A DNA stretch of 43,503 nt, from the NCBI GenBank assembly GCA_964548195.1, contig CAZJQC010000012.1, forward strand, positions 1-43,503, read 5' to 3'. The position numbers and the translations under genes were made by a program. Shown here in pieces: positions 27,200-36,750 of the stretch. The notes below the pieces were generated by a model. That model did not search any database and was not told the DNA's origin. It worked only from the letters and a program-made list of their open reading frames with translations. Position 1 is the stretch's first letter; each line of letters opens with the position of its first letter. This DNA is from an uncultured bacterium. Lineage in GTDB: Bacteria > Macinerneyibacteriota > Macinerneyibacteria > Macinerneyibacteriales > DSCS01.

Positions 27200-27312
27200 G
27201 TTGCCCGGGCGGCGGCCAATACTCCCATATATAAGTTTTTTTTTGGACAAGCCGAATAAAATCAGCTATATTCATAGATATCATTGTCTTGTTTTAGAGG
27301 AGGAGTCTGAAA

Positions 27313-29364
27313 ATGCGATTATTTTTTATTATATTGACGGTGTCATTTTTGTTTTGCTCAGATGTCTGGGGACGGCCGGCGCTTCCGGTATCGTCCATAC
27401 CCTCTGCCGCTCCCGAAAGCGTGCGGATGGCGCTGAACGACCTTTATTCCGATGACAGGGACGTGCTTGGCGAGGGTCTGATAACGTTGAGGGAAAAGGG
27501 CCCCGCGGCTCTTTCAGCCGTGCCGTACCTGATCTCGATGCTCGACGATGAGACTGACCTTAAGGTGCAGGGCCTTACCACAGTGTCCGGAGAGGCCGCG
27601 GCCGCGCTCATAGCCGTCGGCGCCGGCGCTCAGGAAAAACTTATAGAGGGACTGAGTTCCGGCAAGGCGGCGATAAGGTCCAGATGCGCCTATGTGCTTG
27701 GAGAACTGAGGAACCCGGAACCTGCGGGCGTCATGGCCGAAATGGCAAAAAACGAACGCGTGGTCGGGGTGCGCGTGAGCGTGATAAAGGCGCTGGGCAA
27801 TATAAAGAACCGGGCCTCCATAGTCCATCTGCTGGGCCTTTTGGGGGATCCGGACGATGCGGTGGCCGATGCCACCGTCGGCGCCATGGCGAGTTTCGGT
27901 TATCCCGCCATAAAGCCGCTTTCATATAACCTGAAAGACCCCGATCCCAAAAGACGGGCGAACGCCGCCAGGGCGCTGGGCCTTATACAGGACCCGCTGG
28001 TAATAAACGATATTGTGGCCATGACAGGCGACCCGCAGCCGCGGGTCCGCAAAGCCACGGCGGAAGCCCTTGGAAGCCTGAACATGATACAGGCCATAGA
28101 GCCTCTTATAAACATGCTTGGCGATGAAGACGCTGAAGTGAAAAGACAGGCCATCATCTCCCTGAAGGTATATCCCAGAAACAGGATACTCGAGCCTGTT
28201 ATATTCAAACTCGACAGCTTTGACGAACAGGCTTCCGCGGAAGCCAGGAAGATCATACTGGAATCAGACCGCGCGATGACGCTTCCGTTGATACGAAAGG
28301 GTCTGAAGAGCGGCAGCAACGTACTCAGGTCGAATCTTCTTAAGATCACCCTTCAGCTGGGCGAGGAATCGCTTCTTCCGGATATAATCAACCTGTTCAA
28401 GACAACGGCCTCGGCGGATATCCGCCATCTTGCAATAGACAATATGATTGTTTTTAAAGACAGCTCGGTGATAGATGCGCTCGGTTCGGCATTGAGTTCC
28501 TCCGATCCGGCACTCTCCGCCCATGCGCTGAGCGGCCTGGTGACACTCAATGAGATCACAAGGGAAGTGGCCGACCTGGTGGAGACAAAACTTCGTGACC
28601 CGGACAGGAACATACGGATAATGACGGCCGCGGCTCTCCCCCATACCGATTCATACAGACTGACGCCGGTCATGGACGAGTCCCTTAAGTCAAATGACAC
28701 CCCGGAGGTGAAGATATACTGCCTTGAAAGCCTTTCAAAAATAAAATATACAAAATCACTGCCTAATATATATCCGCTTATGAACGACAGGTCCGAAGCG
28801 GTCAGGATAGCCGCCGCAAAGGCGCTTGTCGCGATGGGCGACAAGGGTTCCGCCGAGACGTTCGGGCTGTACGTGAACGACGACGTGGCCGAGATACGGA
28901 GGATGTGCGTAAAAGGGCTTGCGACAGTCGCGCCGGATGAATATAAGGCCGTCTTTATGGCGAAATTGCAGGACAGTGACGCCGGCGTGCGCGAGGAAGC
29001 CGCCACGGCCCTGGGCCTTGCCGGAGACTCGTCCGCATTGAACGACCTGATCAAGGTCTTTTATGACGATGAGGAGATCGGCCCCCGCATAGCGGCGTTG
29101 AGGTCCTTGAGCGATATTGACACAAAACTCACGGTAGCCTTTGAACTTGACGGGCTTAAGGCCAGAAACCTCGAGCTGAAAAAAGCCGCGGTTGAATGCG
29201 CCTCCAAATACAAGGATAAGAACATATACCTGAAGCTTGCCGATCTGCTGAAAGACAGCAACGCCGATATAGCGGCGGCGGCTCTGGAATCCCTGAAAAA
29301 TGCAGGGAATAAAAACTATGAGTCATATGAAGACTGGCTCAAATGGGCCGTAAAACAGAAATGA
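27313..29364 (+). CDS. HEAT/PBS-lyase-like repeat protein with N-terminal signal or anchor sequence
   Basis: Many L.D....VR..AA.ALG repeats of about 31 aa; hydrophobic N-terminus; GAGGAGG RBS. Confidence 0.9.
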   Translation: MRLFFIILTVSFLFCSDVWGRPALPVSSIPSAAPESVRMALNDLYSDDRDVLGEGLITLREKGPAALSAVPYLISMLDDETDLKVQGLTTVSGEAAAALIAVGAGAQEKLIEGLSSGKAAIRSRCAYVLGELRNPEPAGVMAEMAKNERVVGVRVSVIKALGNIKNRASIVHLLGLLGDPDDAVADATVGAMASFGYPAIKPLSYNLKDPDPKRRANAARALGLIQDPLVINDIVAMTGDPQPRVRKATAEALGSLNMIQAIEPLINMLGDEDAEVKRQAIISLKVYPRNRILEPVIFKLDSFDEQASAEARKIILESDRAMTLPLIRKGLKSGSNVLRSNLLKITLQLGEESLLPDIINLFKTTASADIRHLAIDNMIVFKDSSVIDALGSALSSSDPALSAHALSGLVTLNEITREVADLVETKLRDPDRNIRIMTAAALPHTDSYRLTPVMDESLKSNDTPEVKIYCLESLSKIKYTKSLPNIYPLMNDRSEAVRIAAAKALVAMGDKGSAETFGLYVNDDVAEIRRMCVKGLATVAPDEYKAVFMAKLQDSDAGVREEAATALGLAGDSSALNDLIKVFYDDEEIGPRIAALRSLSDIDTKLTVAFELDGLKARNLELKKAAVECASKYKDKNIYLKLADLLKDSNADIAAAALESLKNAGNKNYESYEDWLKWAVKQK

Positions 29365-29373
29365 CAGTGTTTG

Positions 29374-29403
29374 GGGCGGCCTGTTCTGGCCGCCCTTTTT
29401 TTT
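29374..29403 (+). terminator. Rho-independent terminator
   Basis: GGGCGGCC-tgttct-GGCCGCCC followed by T8. Confidence 0.88.
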
Positions 29404-29490
29404 GCCTTTCCGCCTCAAATCGCCCTTTCCTTCGACGCTGACTAAAAAACCGCCCGCATATTTTCGAAATGTAAGCGGGCCACTTCTATT

Positions 29491-29564
29491 ACGTTAAAAA
29501 AATCACGATAAAATAGTGAAATATATCACTTTAATGTTGACAAAAAACAAGCCGGTGTTAATGT
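29491..29564 (+). promoter_or_regulatory. Tandem Rex operators and promoter of the rex-hyd operon
   Basis: ACGTTAA-AAAA-ATCACGA (29491-29508) and TAGTGAA-ATAT-ATCACTT (29514-29531), then TTGACA (29537-29542)-N16-TAATGT. Confidence 0.75.
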
Positions 29565-29613
29565 ACCAACAGATATAAATATATCGATAAAAATTACACG
29601 ATAGGAGGTCGCG

Positions 29614-30255
29614 ATGAAAGACGAATTGAGCAAGGTGTCCATACCGATACTGAGAAGGATGCCGACGTATCATCATCTCTTAAAGGCCTTGATGGACGAG
29701 GGCGTGACGACGGTGTCGTCCACATTTATTTCGGAAGCGCTGAAGATCGACAGCATCACGGTCAGAAAAGACCTGGCTATGACCGGCGTGGCGGGAAAAC
29801 CGAAAATAGGTTTTTTTGTGCCGAAACTCATCAAGTCCATAGAAGAGTTTTTGGGCTGGAACAATCTGGGAGACGCTGTCATAGCGGGATGCGGAAGCCT
29901 CGGCTCCGCCCTGATGAGAAACAAACGCTTTGAGGAGTTCGGATTTCAGCTCGTGGCCGGGTTCGATATAGACGACGCCCTCACGGGCAGCCTGATCGGG
30001 GGCAGAAAGGTCTTTCACATAGACAAGATGTCAGACCTCATAAAAAGGCTTCATATCAGAATAGGCATAATATCCGTGCCGGAAAATGCGGCTCAGGATG
30101 TGGCCGATATCATGGTGGAGGCCGGCATAAAAGGCATTTGGAACTTCGCCGCTTTCGCGATAAAAGTCCCCGATGAAGTGATCGTCCAGCAGGAAAACCT
30201 GCTGGGGTCGCTGGGTATTCTTATAAAAAAGGTCAATGCGTTTAGTAGGATCTAA
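29614..30255 (+). CDS. rex: Redox-sensing transcriptional repressor Rex
   Basis: RRMPTY, VSS, VRKDL, GKPKIGF, GCGSLG Rossmann motif, GIKGIWNFA. Confidence 0.95.
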   Translation: MKDELSKVSIPILRRMPTYHHLLKALMDEGVTTVSSTFISEALKIDSITVRKDLAMTGVAGKPKIGFFVPKLIKSIEEFLGWNNLGDAVIAGCGSLGSALMRNKRFEEFGFQLVAGFDIDDALTGSLIGGRKVFHIDKMSDLIKRLHIRIGIISVPENAAQDVADIMVEAGIKGIWNFAAFAIKVPDEVIVQQENLLGSLGILIKKVNAFSRI

Positions 30256-30270
30256 CCGTAGGAGGTTTTA

Positions 30271-30777
30271 ATGAGTGCTGTGGTTAACGCAAACGGGATG
30301 ATGAGAAAATTCCGTAAAGTCTGCGAAATTCTGGATAAGCACCAGCGAAAGGCCAGTAAACTCATACCCATTCTTCAGGAAGTGCAGGCGGAATACCGCT
30401 ACCTCCCCGAAGAGGTATTGAACTTTGTGGCCACTTCCCTGGGTATAAGCCCCGCCAAAGTATACGGGGTGGCTACGTTCTTTTCGCACTTTACTCTGGA
30501 GGCAAAAGGCAAACACGTGATCAGGCTCTGCAACGGCACGGCCTGTCACGTCAAGGGTTCCATGAATATCCACGACGCCATAAAGGAGAGGCTGGGCCTT
30601 GAGGGCAGGAAGACGACCACACCCGATTTCCTGTTTACACTCGAGACCGTCTCATGCCTGGGCGCCTGCGGGCTCGCGCCCGTTATGACAGTGAATGACA
30701 AGGTCTACGGACAGATGACCCCGGAAAAGGCGGTCGAAGTCATCGAAGAGATCATTAAAAAGGAAGAGGAGGCATAA
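30271..30777 (+). CDS. hydC: Electron-bifurcating hydrogenase gamma subunit (NuoE-like)
   Basis: LIPILQEVQ..YRYLP, GVATFFSHF, CNGTAC..CLGACGLAP. Confidence 0.92.
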   Translation: MSAVVNANGMMRKFRKVCEILDKHQRKASKLIPILQEVQAEYRYLPEEVLNFVATSLGISPAKVYGVATFFSHFTLEAKGKHVIRLCNGTACHVKGSMNIHDAIKERLGLEGRKTTTPDFLFTLETVSCLGACGLAPVMTVNDKVYGQMTPEKAVEVIEEIIKKEEEA

Positions 30778-30778
30778 G

Positions 30779-32674
30779 ATGGGTGCAGAAGACCTCAAAA
30801 AGATCAAACAGGCTTATCTCGACACCGCCGCCAGGATAAAAAAACGCATTATCATCTGCGCCGGCACCGGTTGTGTCGCAAACGGGTCACTGGAGATCTA
30901 CGACCATATACTGCGCTCCCTCAAAAGCAACGGGGTGGAAGCGGTGGTGGAACTGGACAAGGACGAACATGATTCGGATGCCGTGCAGCTTTCACACAGC
31001 GGATGCCAGGGCTTCTGTCAGATGGGGCCGCTGGTGGCCATAGAGCCCGACGGCATACTCTATGTCAAGGTAAAGGAAAGCGACGCCGAACAGATCGTTA
31101 CTGACACCATAAGAGACCATAAGGTCATAGAAAGGCTGCTTTACGTGGACCCCGCAAACGGCCAGAGATGCAAAGGCCCCGCGGAAATACCCTTTTATAA
31201 AAGGCAACACCGTTTTTCACTGCAGCTTTGCGGGCACGTGGACCCGGAAAACATCAATGAGTACATATACCACGACGGATACGCGGCAGCGGCCAAAGCC
31301 TACGCCGAGATGTCCCCTGAAAACGTTTGCGAAGAGATCTTGAAATCGGGACTCAGAGGCAGAGGCGGCGGCGGATTCCCCACCGGAAAAAAATGGCAGT
31401 TCGCCCTTAAGGAAAAAAACGAGAAAAAATACATCATATGCAACGGCGACGAGGGCGACCCCGGCGCGTTTATGGACCGCAGCATAATGGAGGGAAACCC
31501 GCATGCCGTCATTGAAGGCATGATGATAGCCGCACGCGCCATAGGGGCCGATGAAGGCTATGTCTATGTGCGCACTGAATATCCCTTCGCGGTAAAACGC
31601 ATGATAAAAGCATGCGAAGACGCCGAAAAAATGGGCATACTCGGCGATGATGTCTTCGGTTCGGGCCTTTCCATGAGAATAAACGTCATGGAGGGCGCCG
31701 GCGCTTTCGTCTGCGGTGAAGAGACGGCCCTCATGGCCTCCATAGAAGGGATGCGCGGCATGCCCACTCCGAAACCGCCTTTCCCCGCGCAGAAGGGGCT
31801 GTTCGGCAAGCCCACCATCATAAACAACGTGGAGACGCTCGCCACAGTGCCTCTTATCATAAACATGGGAGCGCCCGAGTATAAAAAAATGGGGACGTCC
31901 ACCTCTCCCGGCACAAAGACATTCGCCCTCACGGGCCATGTCTCCAACACAGGCCTTATAGAAGTGCCGCTGGGGACCACGTTGAGAGAGATCGTATACA
32001 ATATCGGCGGCGGAGTGCTTGACGCGAAAGGCCAGATCACCGGTGACGGCTTCAAGTCCGTGCAGATAGGCGGGCCTTCCGGAGGCTGCCTGACCGAGGA
32101 ACATCTGGACATGCCGCTCGATTTCGATTCCCTCAAGGAAATAGGGGCGATGGTCGGATCCGGCGGGCTTGTGGTCATGAACAAGGACACCTGCATAGTA
32201 CAGGTGGCCCGCTTCTTCATGCAGTTCACCCAGAACGAATCATGCGGAAAATGCATACCCTGCCGCGAAGGCACAAAACAGATGCTGGCCCTGCTCGACG
32301 ATATCATCGAGGGAAGGGGCACGCTTGAGACACTTGACCGGCTGGAAAAACTCGGACATGTGATCATGAAGGCGTCGCTTTGCGGGCTCGGCAAGACCGC
32401 TCCAAACCCCGTGCTTTCGACATTGAAGTACTTCCGCGCGGAATATGAAGCCCATGTGACACAGAAAAAATGCCCGGCGGGACAGTGCAAGGCATTGGCA
32501 AGGCCGGAGATCGACCCCCTGAAATGCAAAGGATGTACCCTTTGCGCAAGGGCTTGTCCGGTGGGCGCCATCAGCGGCGAAGTAAGGAAACCTCATTCCA
32601 TAGACCCCGACAAATGCATAAAATGCGGCGCCTGCGCCGCGGCATGTAAGTTCGGGGCAATCAAGGGGGTATGA
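30779..32674 (+). CDS. hydB: Electron-bifurcating hydrogenase beta subunit (NuoF-like)
   Basis: CAGTGC..CQGFC, GDEGDPGAFMDR, KTFAL, GGPSGG, ESCGKCIPCR and C-terminal 2x[4Fe-4S]. Confidence 0.94.
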   Translation: MGAEDLKKIKQAYLDTAARIKKRIIICAGTGCVANGSLEIYDHILRSLKSNGVEAVVELDKDEHDSDAVQLSHSGCQGFCQMGPLVAIEPDGILYVKVKESDAEQIVTDTIRDHKVIERLLYVDPANGQRCKGPAEIPFYKRQHRFSLQLCGHVDPENINEYIYHDGYAAAAKAYAEMSPENVCEEILKSGLRGRGGGGFPTGKKWQFALKEKNEKKYIICNGDEGDPGAFMDRSIMEGNPHAVIEGMMIAARAIGADEGYVYVRTEYPFAVKRMIKACEDAEKMGILGDDVFGSGLSMRINVMEGAGAFVCGEETALMASIEGMRGMPTPKPPFPAQKGLFGKPTIINNVETLATVPLIINMGAPEYKKMGTSTSPGTKTFALTGHVSNTGLIEVPLGTTLREIVYNIGGGVLDAKGQITGDGFKSVQIGGPSGGCLTEEHLDMPLDFDSLKEIGAMVGSGGLVVMNKDTCIVQVARFFMQFTQNESCGKCIPCREGTKQMLALLDDIIEGRGTLETLDRLEKLGHVIMKASLCGLGKTAPNPVLSTLKYFRAEYEAHVTQKKCPAGQCKALARPEIDPLKCKGCTLCARACPVGAISGEVRKPHSIDPDKCIKCGACAAACKFGAIKGV

Positions 32675-32677
32675 CAT

Positions 32678-34696
32678 ATGAAAGAATTTTTGACCATAGA
32701 CGGGATAGAGATACCCATAGAGGGTGAAAGAAACATACTTGAACTGGCCAGAAAAGCGGGTATAGACATACCCAGCTTCTGCTATCACTCCGAGCTCAGC
32801 ATATACGGCGCATGCCGCCTGTGCATGGTGGACATAGAAGGCAGAGGGCTTGTCACATCCTGCTCCACTATACCCGAAAACGGCATGATGATCAGATCCA
32901 ACACAAAGGAACTGCGCGAGATCAGGAAGACCATACTTGAACTGCTGCTGGCGAACCATGACAAGAACTGCACCACCTGCGGCAAAAATCAGAACTGCAG
33001 GCTTCAGGAGCTGTCCAGGCGCTTCGGCATCGATGAGATAGAGTTCAAGCAGACAGACATGGCGCATGAAAAGGACCGCTCCTCGCTGGCGCTTGTAAGA
33101 GACCCCAATAAATGCATACTCTGCGGGGACTGCATAAGGTTCTGCGACGAGATACAAAGCGTAGGGGCGCTGGGCTTCGCAAACCGCGGAGCCGACGTCA
33201 TAGTCACCCCCGCGTTCGGCAAGGACATAGCCGACGTGGACTGTGTGAACTGCGGCCAGTGCGCGAGGGTCTGCCCGGTGGGGGCCATCACGGTAAAAAA
33301 CGATTCCGAAGACGTATGGGCGGATATAGATGATCCCAAAAAGACCGTCGTGGCGCAGATCGCGCCGGCCATAAGAGTGGCTTTGGGCGAATATTTCGGC
33401 ATGAAGCCCGGCACAGTGACAACAGGCCAGATAGTGGCCGCGTTAAAACAGCTCGGGTTCGACCAGGTATACGACACATCATTCACCGCCGACCTCACCA
33501 TCATAGAGGAGACCACCGAGTTCCTGGAAAGGGTGAAGACAGGCGGGCCGTTCCCGATGTTCACCTCATGCTGCCCGGGATGGGTCAAGTTTGCGGAACA
33601 GTATTTTCCGAAACTGCTGGGAAACATATCATCCTGCAAGTCACCGCAGCAGATGTTCGGCTCACTCGCAAAAGAGATGCTGCCCGCATTGCTCGACGTG
33701 AAAAAAGAAGACGTCTCCCTGGTGTCTGTCATGCCCTGCACCGCCAAAAAATTTGAGGCAGGCAGGCCGGAATTCTCAACGGACGGCATGCGCGACGTGG
33801 ACCATGTGATCACCACCCAGGAGCTGGGACACATGATAGAACAGTCCGGCATGGATTTTAAAGCACTTAAACCCGCGGCGCTTGACCTGCCGCTCGGCTT
33901 TAAGACCGGCGCCGGCGTCATCTTCGGCAATTCCGGCGGAGTGACCGAAGCGGTGCTGAGATTCGCTTCCGAAAAGGTCACCGGGAAAAAACTGGAAAAC
34001 GTGGACTTCAAGGAAGCGCGCGGCGAAGAGGGCATACGGGAGCTCACTGTCGACCTGAACGGCACAAAGATCAGGATGGCAGTGGTGTACGGCCTGGGCA
34101 ACGCGAGGAAAGTATGCGAGGACGCAAAGAACGGAAAATGCGATTACCATTTTGTCGAAGTCATGGCATGCCCCGGCGGCTGCATAGGCGGCGCGGGACA
34201 GCCCGCGACATTCAACTGGGAGACGATCCGAAAACGCGGGCAGAGCCTTTACGAGGTGGACAAGACACTGCAGCTTCATAAGTCACAGGACAACCCCTAT
34301 GTGCAGGAGGCTTATAAGAACATACTCGGCGAGGTGGGGGGCCATAAGGCCCACGAACTCCTTCATACCGGCTATCAGAACCGCAAAAGGATATCCGATG
34401 AGGGGCTGTCCATCTTCAGCGGCAGCGCCGACAACAAGGTGGAAGTGGGGGTCTGCGTCGGCACGAACTGCTACGTGAAAGGTTCCCAGACAATATTGAC
34501 CGAAGTGCTTAAGTATATAGAGTCGCGCGGCCTGCAGGAATTCGTGGAGGCAAAAGCCGCATTCTGCTTTGAAAAATGCAGCGGCGCTCCCGTGGCGCGC
34601 GTGGGCGAAAAAATAATATCGGAATGCACACTCCGGGATGTCATCGATTCGCTCGAGGAGGAACTCGCAAAACGCGGGCTCAAGGCATCAGTCTAA
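32678..34696 (+). CDS. hydA: Group A3 [FeFe]-hydrogenase alpha subunit with C-terminal thioredoxin-like [2Fe-2S] domain
   Basis: TSCCPGW, MPCTAKKFE, EVMACPGGCIGGAGQP; C-terminal CVGTNC..CFEKC. Confidence 0.95.
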   Translation: MKEFLTIDGIEIPIEGERNILELARKAGIDIPSFCYHSELSIYGACRLCMVDIEGRGLVTSCSTIPENGMMIRSNTKELREIRKTILELLLANHDKNCTTCGKNQNCRLQELSRRFGIDEIEFKQTDMAHEKDRSSLALVRDPNKCILCGDCIRFCDEIQSVGALGFANRGADVIVTPAFGKDIADVDCVNCGQCARVCPVGAITVKNDSEDVWADIDDPKKTVVAQIAPAIRVALGEYFGMKPGTVTTGQIVAALKQLGFDQVYDTSFTADLTIIEETTEFLERVKTGGPFPMFTSCCPGWVKFAEQYFPKLLGNISSCKSPQQMFGSLAKEMLPALLDVKKEDVSLVSVMPCTAKKFEAGRPEFSTDGMRDVDHVITTQELGHMIEQSGMDFKALKPAALDLPLGFKTGAGVIFGNSGGVTEAVLRFASEKVTGKKLENVDFKEARGEEGIRELTVDLNGTKIRMAVVYGLGNARKVCEDAKNGKCDYHFVEVMACPGGCIGGAGQPATFNWETIRKRGQSLYEVDKTLQLHKSQDNPYVQEAYKNILGEVGGHKAHELLHTGYQNRKRISDEGLSIFSGSADNKVEVGVCVGTNCYVKGSQTILTEVLKYIESRGLQEFVEAKAAFCFEKCSGAPVARVGEKIISECTLRDVIDSLEEELAKRGLKASV

Positions 34697-34713
34697 CCAC
34701 ACACCAATCTCCG

Positions 34714-34741
34714 CACCTCCGGCTGCTGCAGGCCGGAGGTG
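34714..34741 (+). other. Intercistronic stem-loop without U-tract
   Basis: CACCTCCGGC-tgctgcag-GCCGGAGGTG, perfect 10-bp stem. Confidence 0.7.
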
Positions 34742-34758
34742 ACCTTTAAGGAGGGTAA

Positions 34759-34984
34759 ATGGCAGAAAAGGTATCCGTAAGGATATGCCTCGGAAGCTCT
34801 TGCTGCTCCAGGGGAAACGGCAAAAACCTCGTCATCATCAGGGAATTCATCGAAAAGAACGGCCTGGCCGGAAGCATAGACTTCAGAGGATCCGTATGCG
34901 CCGGAAAATGCTTCGATCAGCACGCCGGAAGTCGCGACACGACTCCTGAAAAAAATGACGGATACGGAAAATATTGACACGTGA
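34759..34984 (+). pseudogene. HfsA-like small thioredoxin-fold [2Fe-2S] protein, apparently internally deleted/frameshifted
   Basis: AAGGAGG RBS; ICLGSSC..RG and GSVCAGKC; the fold-like sequence is lost after the last Cys and a TPEVATRLLKKM helix appears in the +1 frame. The in-frame ORF ends at 34977. Confidence 0.55.
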
Positions 34985-35023
34985 AAAAATACACGATATA
35001 ATATGAAAAAAAAGGAAGGCTTT

Positions 35024-36745
35024 ATGAAGCATAAACCCGGGCAGGTCATTTTCACGGACAGGGCCAGATGCGTCGACTGTTACAGATGTCTGCGGGTCTG
35101 TCCCGTAAAGGCTATCAGCATCAGAAAAGGGCAGGCAATGGTGGAGGAGGATCTCTGCATCGCCTGCGGCAGATGCATATCGGAATGCCCGCAGCATGCA
35201 AAGTCCTTCAGGAACGATGTCCATACCGCAAAAAAAATAATGGAAAACAACCCGGGGAAAGTCGCCGTAAGCCTGGCGCCGGCTTTCGCGGCCGCTGCGG
35301 AGGAGAACCAGCGCATGAACGTGCCGTCGGCGCTGCGCAGGCTCGGCGCCTCGTTTGTCGCCGAGACATCGGTGGGCGCGTACAAGGTCTCGATGAAATC
35401 GTTTGAGATGGCCTCCAAAAGGCCGGAGCAGCCCTTTATAGCGACCGCATGCCCCACACTGGTAAACTACGTGGAAAAATATCACCCGGCCGCGGCCGAT
35501 TTTCTGGTGCCGGTTATGTCGCCTATGCTGGCTCACGCCGCACATCTGAAAAAAAAGCTGGGCCGCGACTGGAAAGTCATATTCGTCGGCCCGTGCATAT
35601 CCAAAAAATTCGAGGCGGACAGGATGGACGACAGCGGCGCCGTCGACTGCGTGCTCACTTTCACCGAGTTCCTCCAATGGCTGGACGAAGAGGATATCAG
35701 ACTGGATAATCTGGAGCCCAGCGGTTTCGACGAGACGCCCGTGCAGTCAGCCAGGATGTTTCCCGTGAGCGGAGGCCTTATGAGGACGGCCGGCGAGGAA
35801 GACAGCCATGTCTCTCTCAACAGGGTCGCCGTGAGCGGTTTCAGGGAGATAGAGGACATGCTTTCAAGCCTTGAAAAGGATCCCCGCCCCATATTCGTCG
35901 AACCCCTGTTCTGCGAAGGCGGCTGCATAAACGGCCCCGGAATGCCGGATGGCGGCGACCTGCTTTCGCGTAAGGAAAAGGTCATAAGATACGCCATGGA
36001 ACCGGTCAGGGGCGCGGCAGCGGAGGTGAATGTTTCGGTAACGGCCGCATACGGGGCAATGCCTCTGGAAAATGAAGAGGTCTCAGAGGATGAAATAAGG
36101 AAAGTACTGGAGATGACCGGAAAAGGCGACGCCGAAAATCAGCTCAACTGCGGAGCCTGCGGATATGACACCTGCCGGGAAAAGGCCGTCGCCGTGATAA
36201 AAGGGATGGCGGAGCCCGAGATGTGCATGCCTTACATGAGGCGGCTGGCCGAAAGGCGCACCGATAAGATACTTGACACAAGCCCCAACGGCATAGTCAT
36301 ACTCGACGGGCAGCTCACCATCATAGGGATGAATCCGGCATTCCGCGAGATGTTCAGATGCACGGACGCCGTGACCGGTAAAAACATATCCTATCTCATG
36401 GACCCCGACGCATTCGAATACATAGCCTCAGGCGCCGCCGAAAAGACCGACGAGAACATCTCTTTTGACCGCTATAACCTCTACTGCAGAAGGATCGCAT
36501 ACGCGCTCAGGCAGGATGAACAGTATATAGGGATATTTGTCGACAACACAAAGGCGTACACCGGGACAAAACAGCTTGAGAGCATGAAGGAAAAAGCGGT
36601 GCTGCAGGCGCGCGAACTCCTGGAACATCAGATCACCATGGCGGAGAGTATGGCAAAATTCCTCGGCGAAAACACAGCCAGAGGCGAGGAGATCGTCTCA
36701 AAACTCATAGCGATCGCGTCCGAAGACTCAGCGGGCAGGGAGTAG
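35024..36745 (+). CDS. hydS: Group C sensory [FeFe]-hydrogenase with PAS domain (HydS/HfsB-like)
   Basis: N-terminal 2x[4Fe-4S]; variant H-cluster motifs TACP, GPCISKKFE, FCEGGCINGPG; NCGACGY..C..C Fe-S domain; PAS (SPNGIVILD..MNPAF); alternative ATG at 35003. Confidence 0.9.
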   Translation: MKHKPGQVIFTDRARCVDCYRCLRVCPVKAISIRKGQAMVEEDLCIACGRCISECPQHAKSFRNDVHTAKKIMENNPGKVAVSLAPAFAAAAEENQRMNVPSALRRLGASFVAETSVGAYKVSMKSFEMASKRPEQPFIATACPTLVNYVEKYHPAAADFLVPVMSPMLAHAAHLKKKLGRDWKVIFVGPCISKKFEADRMDDSGAVDCVLTFTEFLQWLDEEDIRLDNLEPSGFDETPVQSARMFPVSGGLMRTAGEEDSHVSLNRVAVSGFREIEDMLSSLEKDPRPIFVEPLFCEGGCINGPGMPDGGDLLSRKEKVIRYAMEPVRGAAAEVNVSVTAAYGAMPLENEEVSEDEIRKVLEMTGKGDAENQLNCGACGYDTCREKAVAVIKGMAEPEMCMPYMRRLAERRTDKILDTSPNGIVILDGQLTIIGMNPAFREMFRCTDAVTGKNISYLMDPDAFEYIASGAAEKTDENISFDRYNLYCRRIAYALRQDEQYIGIFVDNTKAYTGTKQLESMKEKAVLQARELLEHQITMAESMAKFLGENTARGEEIVSKLIAIASEDSAGRE

Positions 36746-36750
36746 CTGAT

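Noticed and set aside
18650..32420. Nucleotide similarity among the three nuoF-like genes as a repeat or recent duplication
   Set aside because: Similarity is limited to conserved protein motifs with divergent synonymous sites, which indicates old paralogy.
17264..32674. Respiratory complex I (nuo) operon
   Set aside because: Only NuoE/F-like soluble subunits are present, next to H-cluster-containing HydA; there are no membrane-arm genes.
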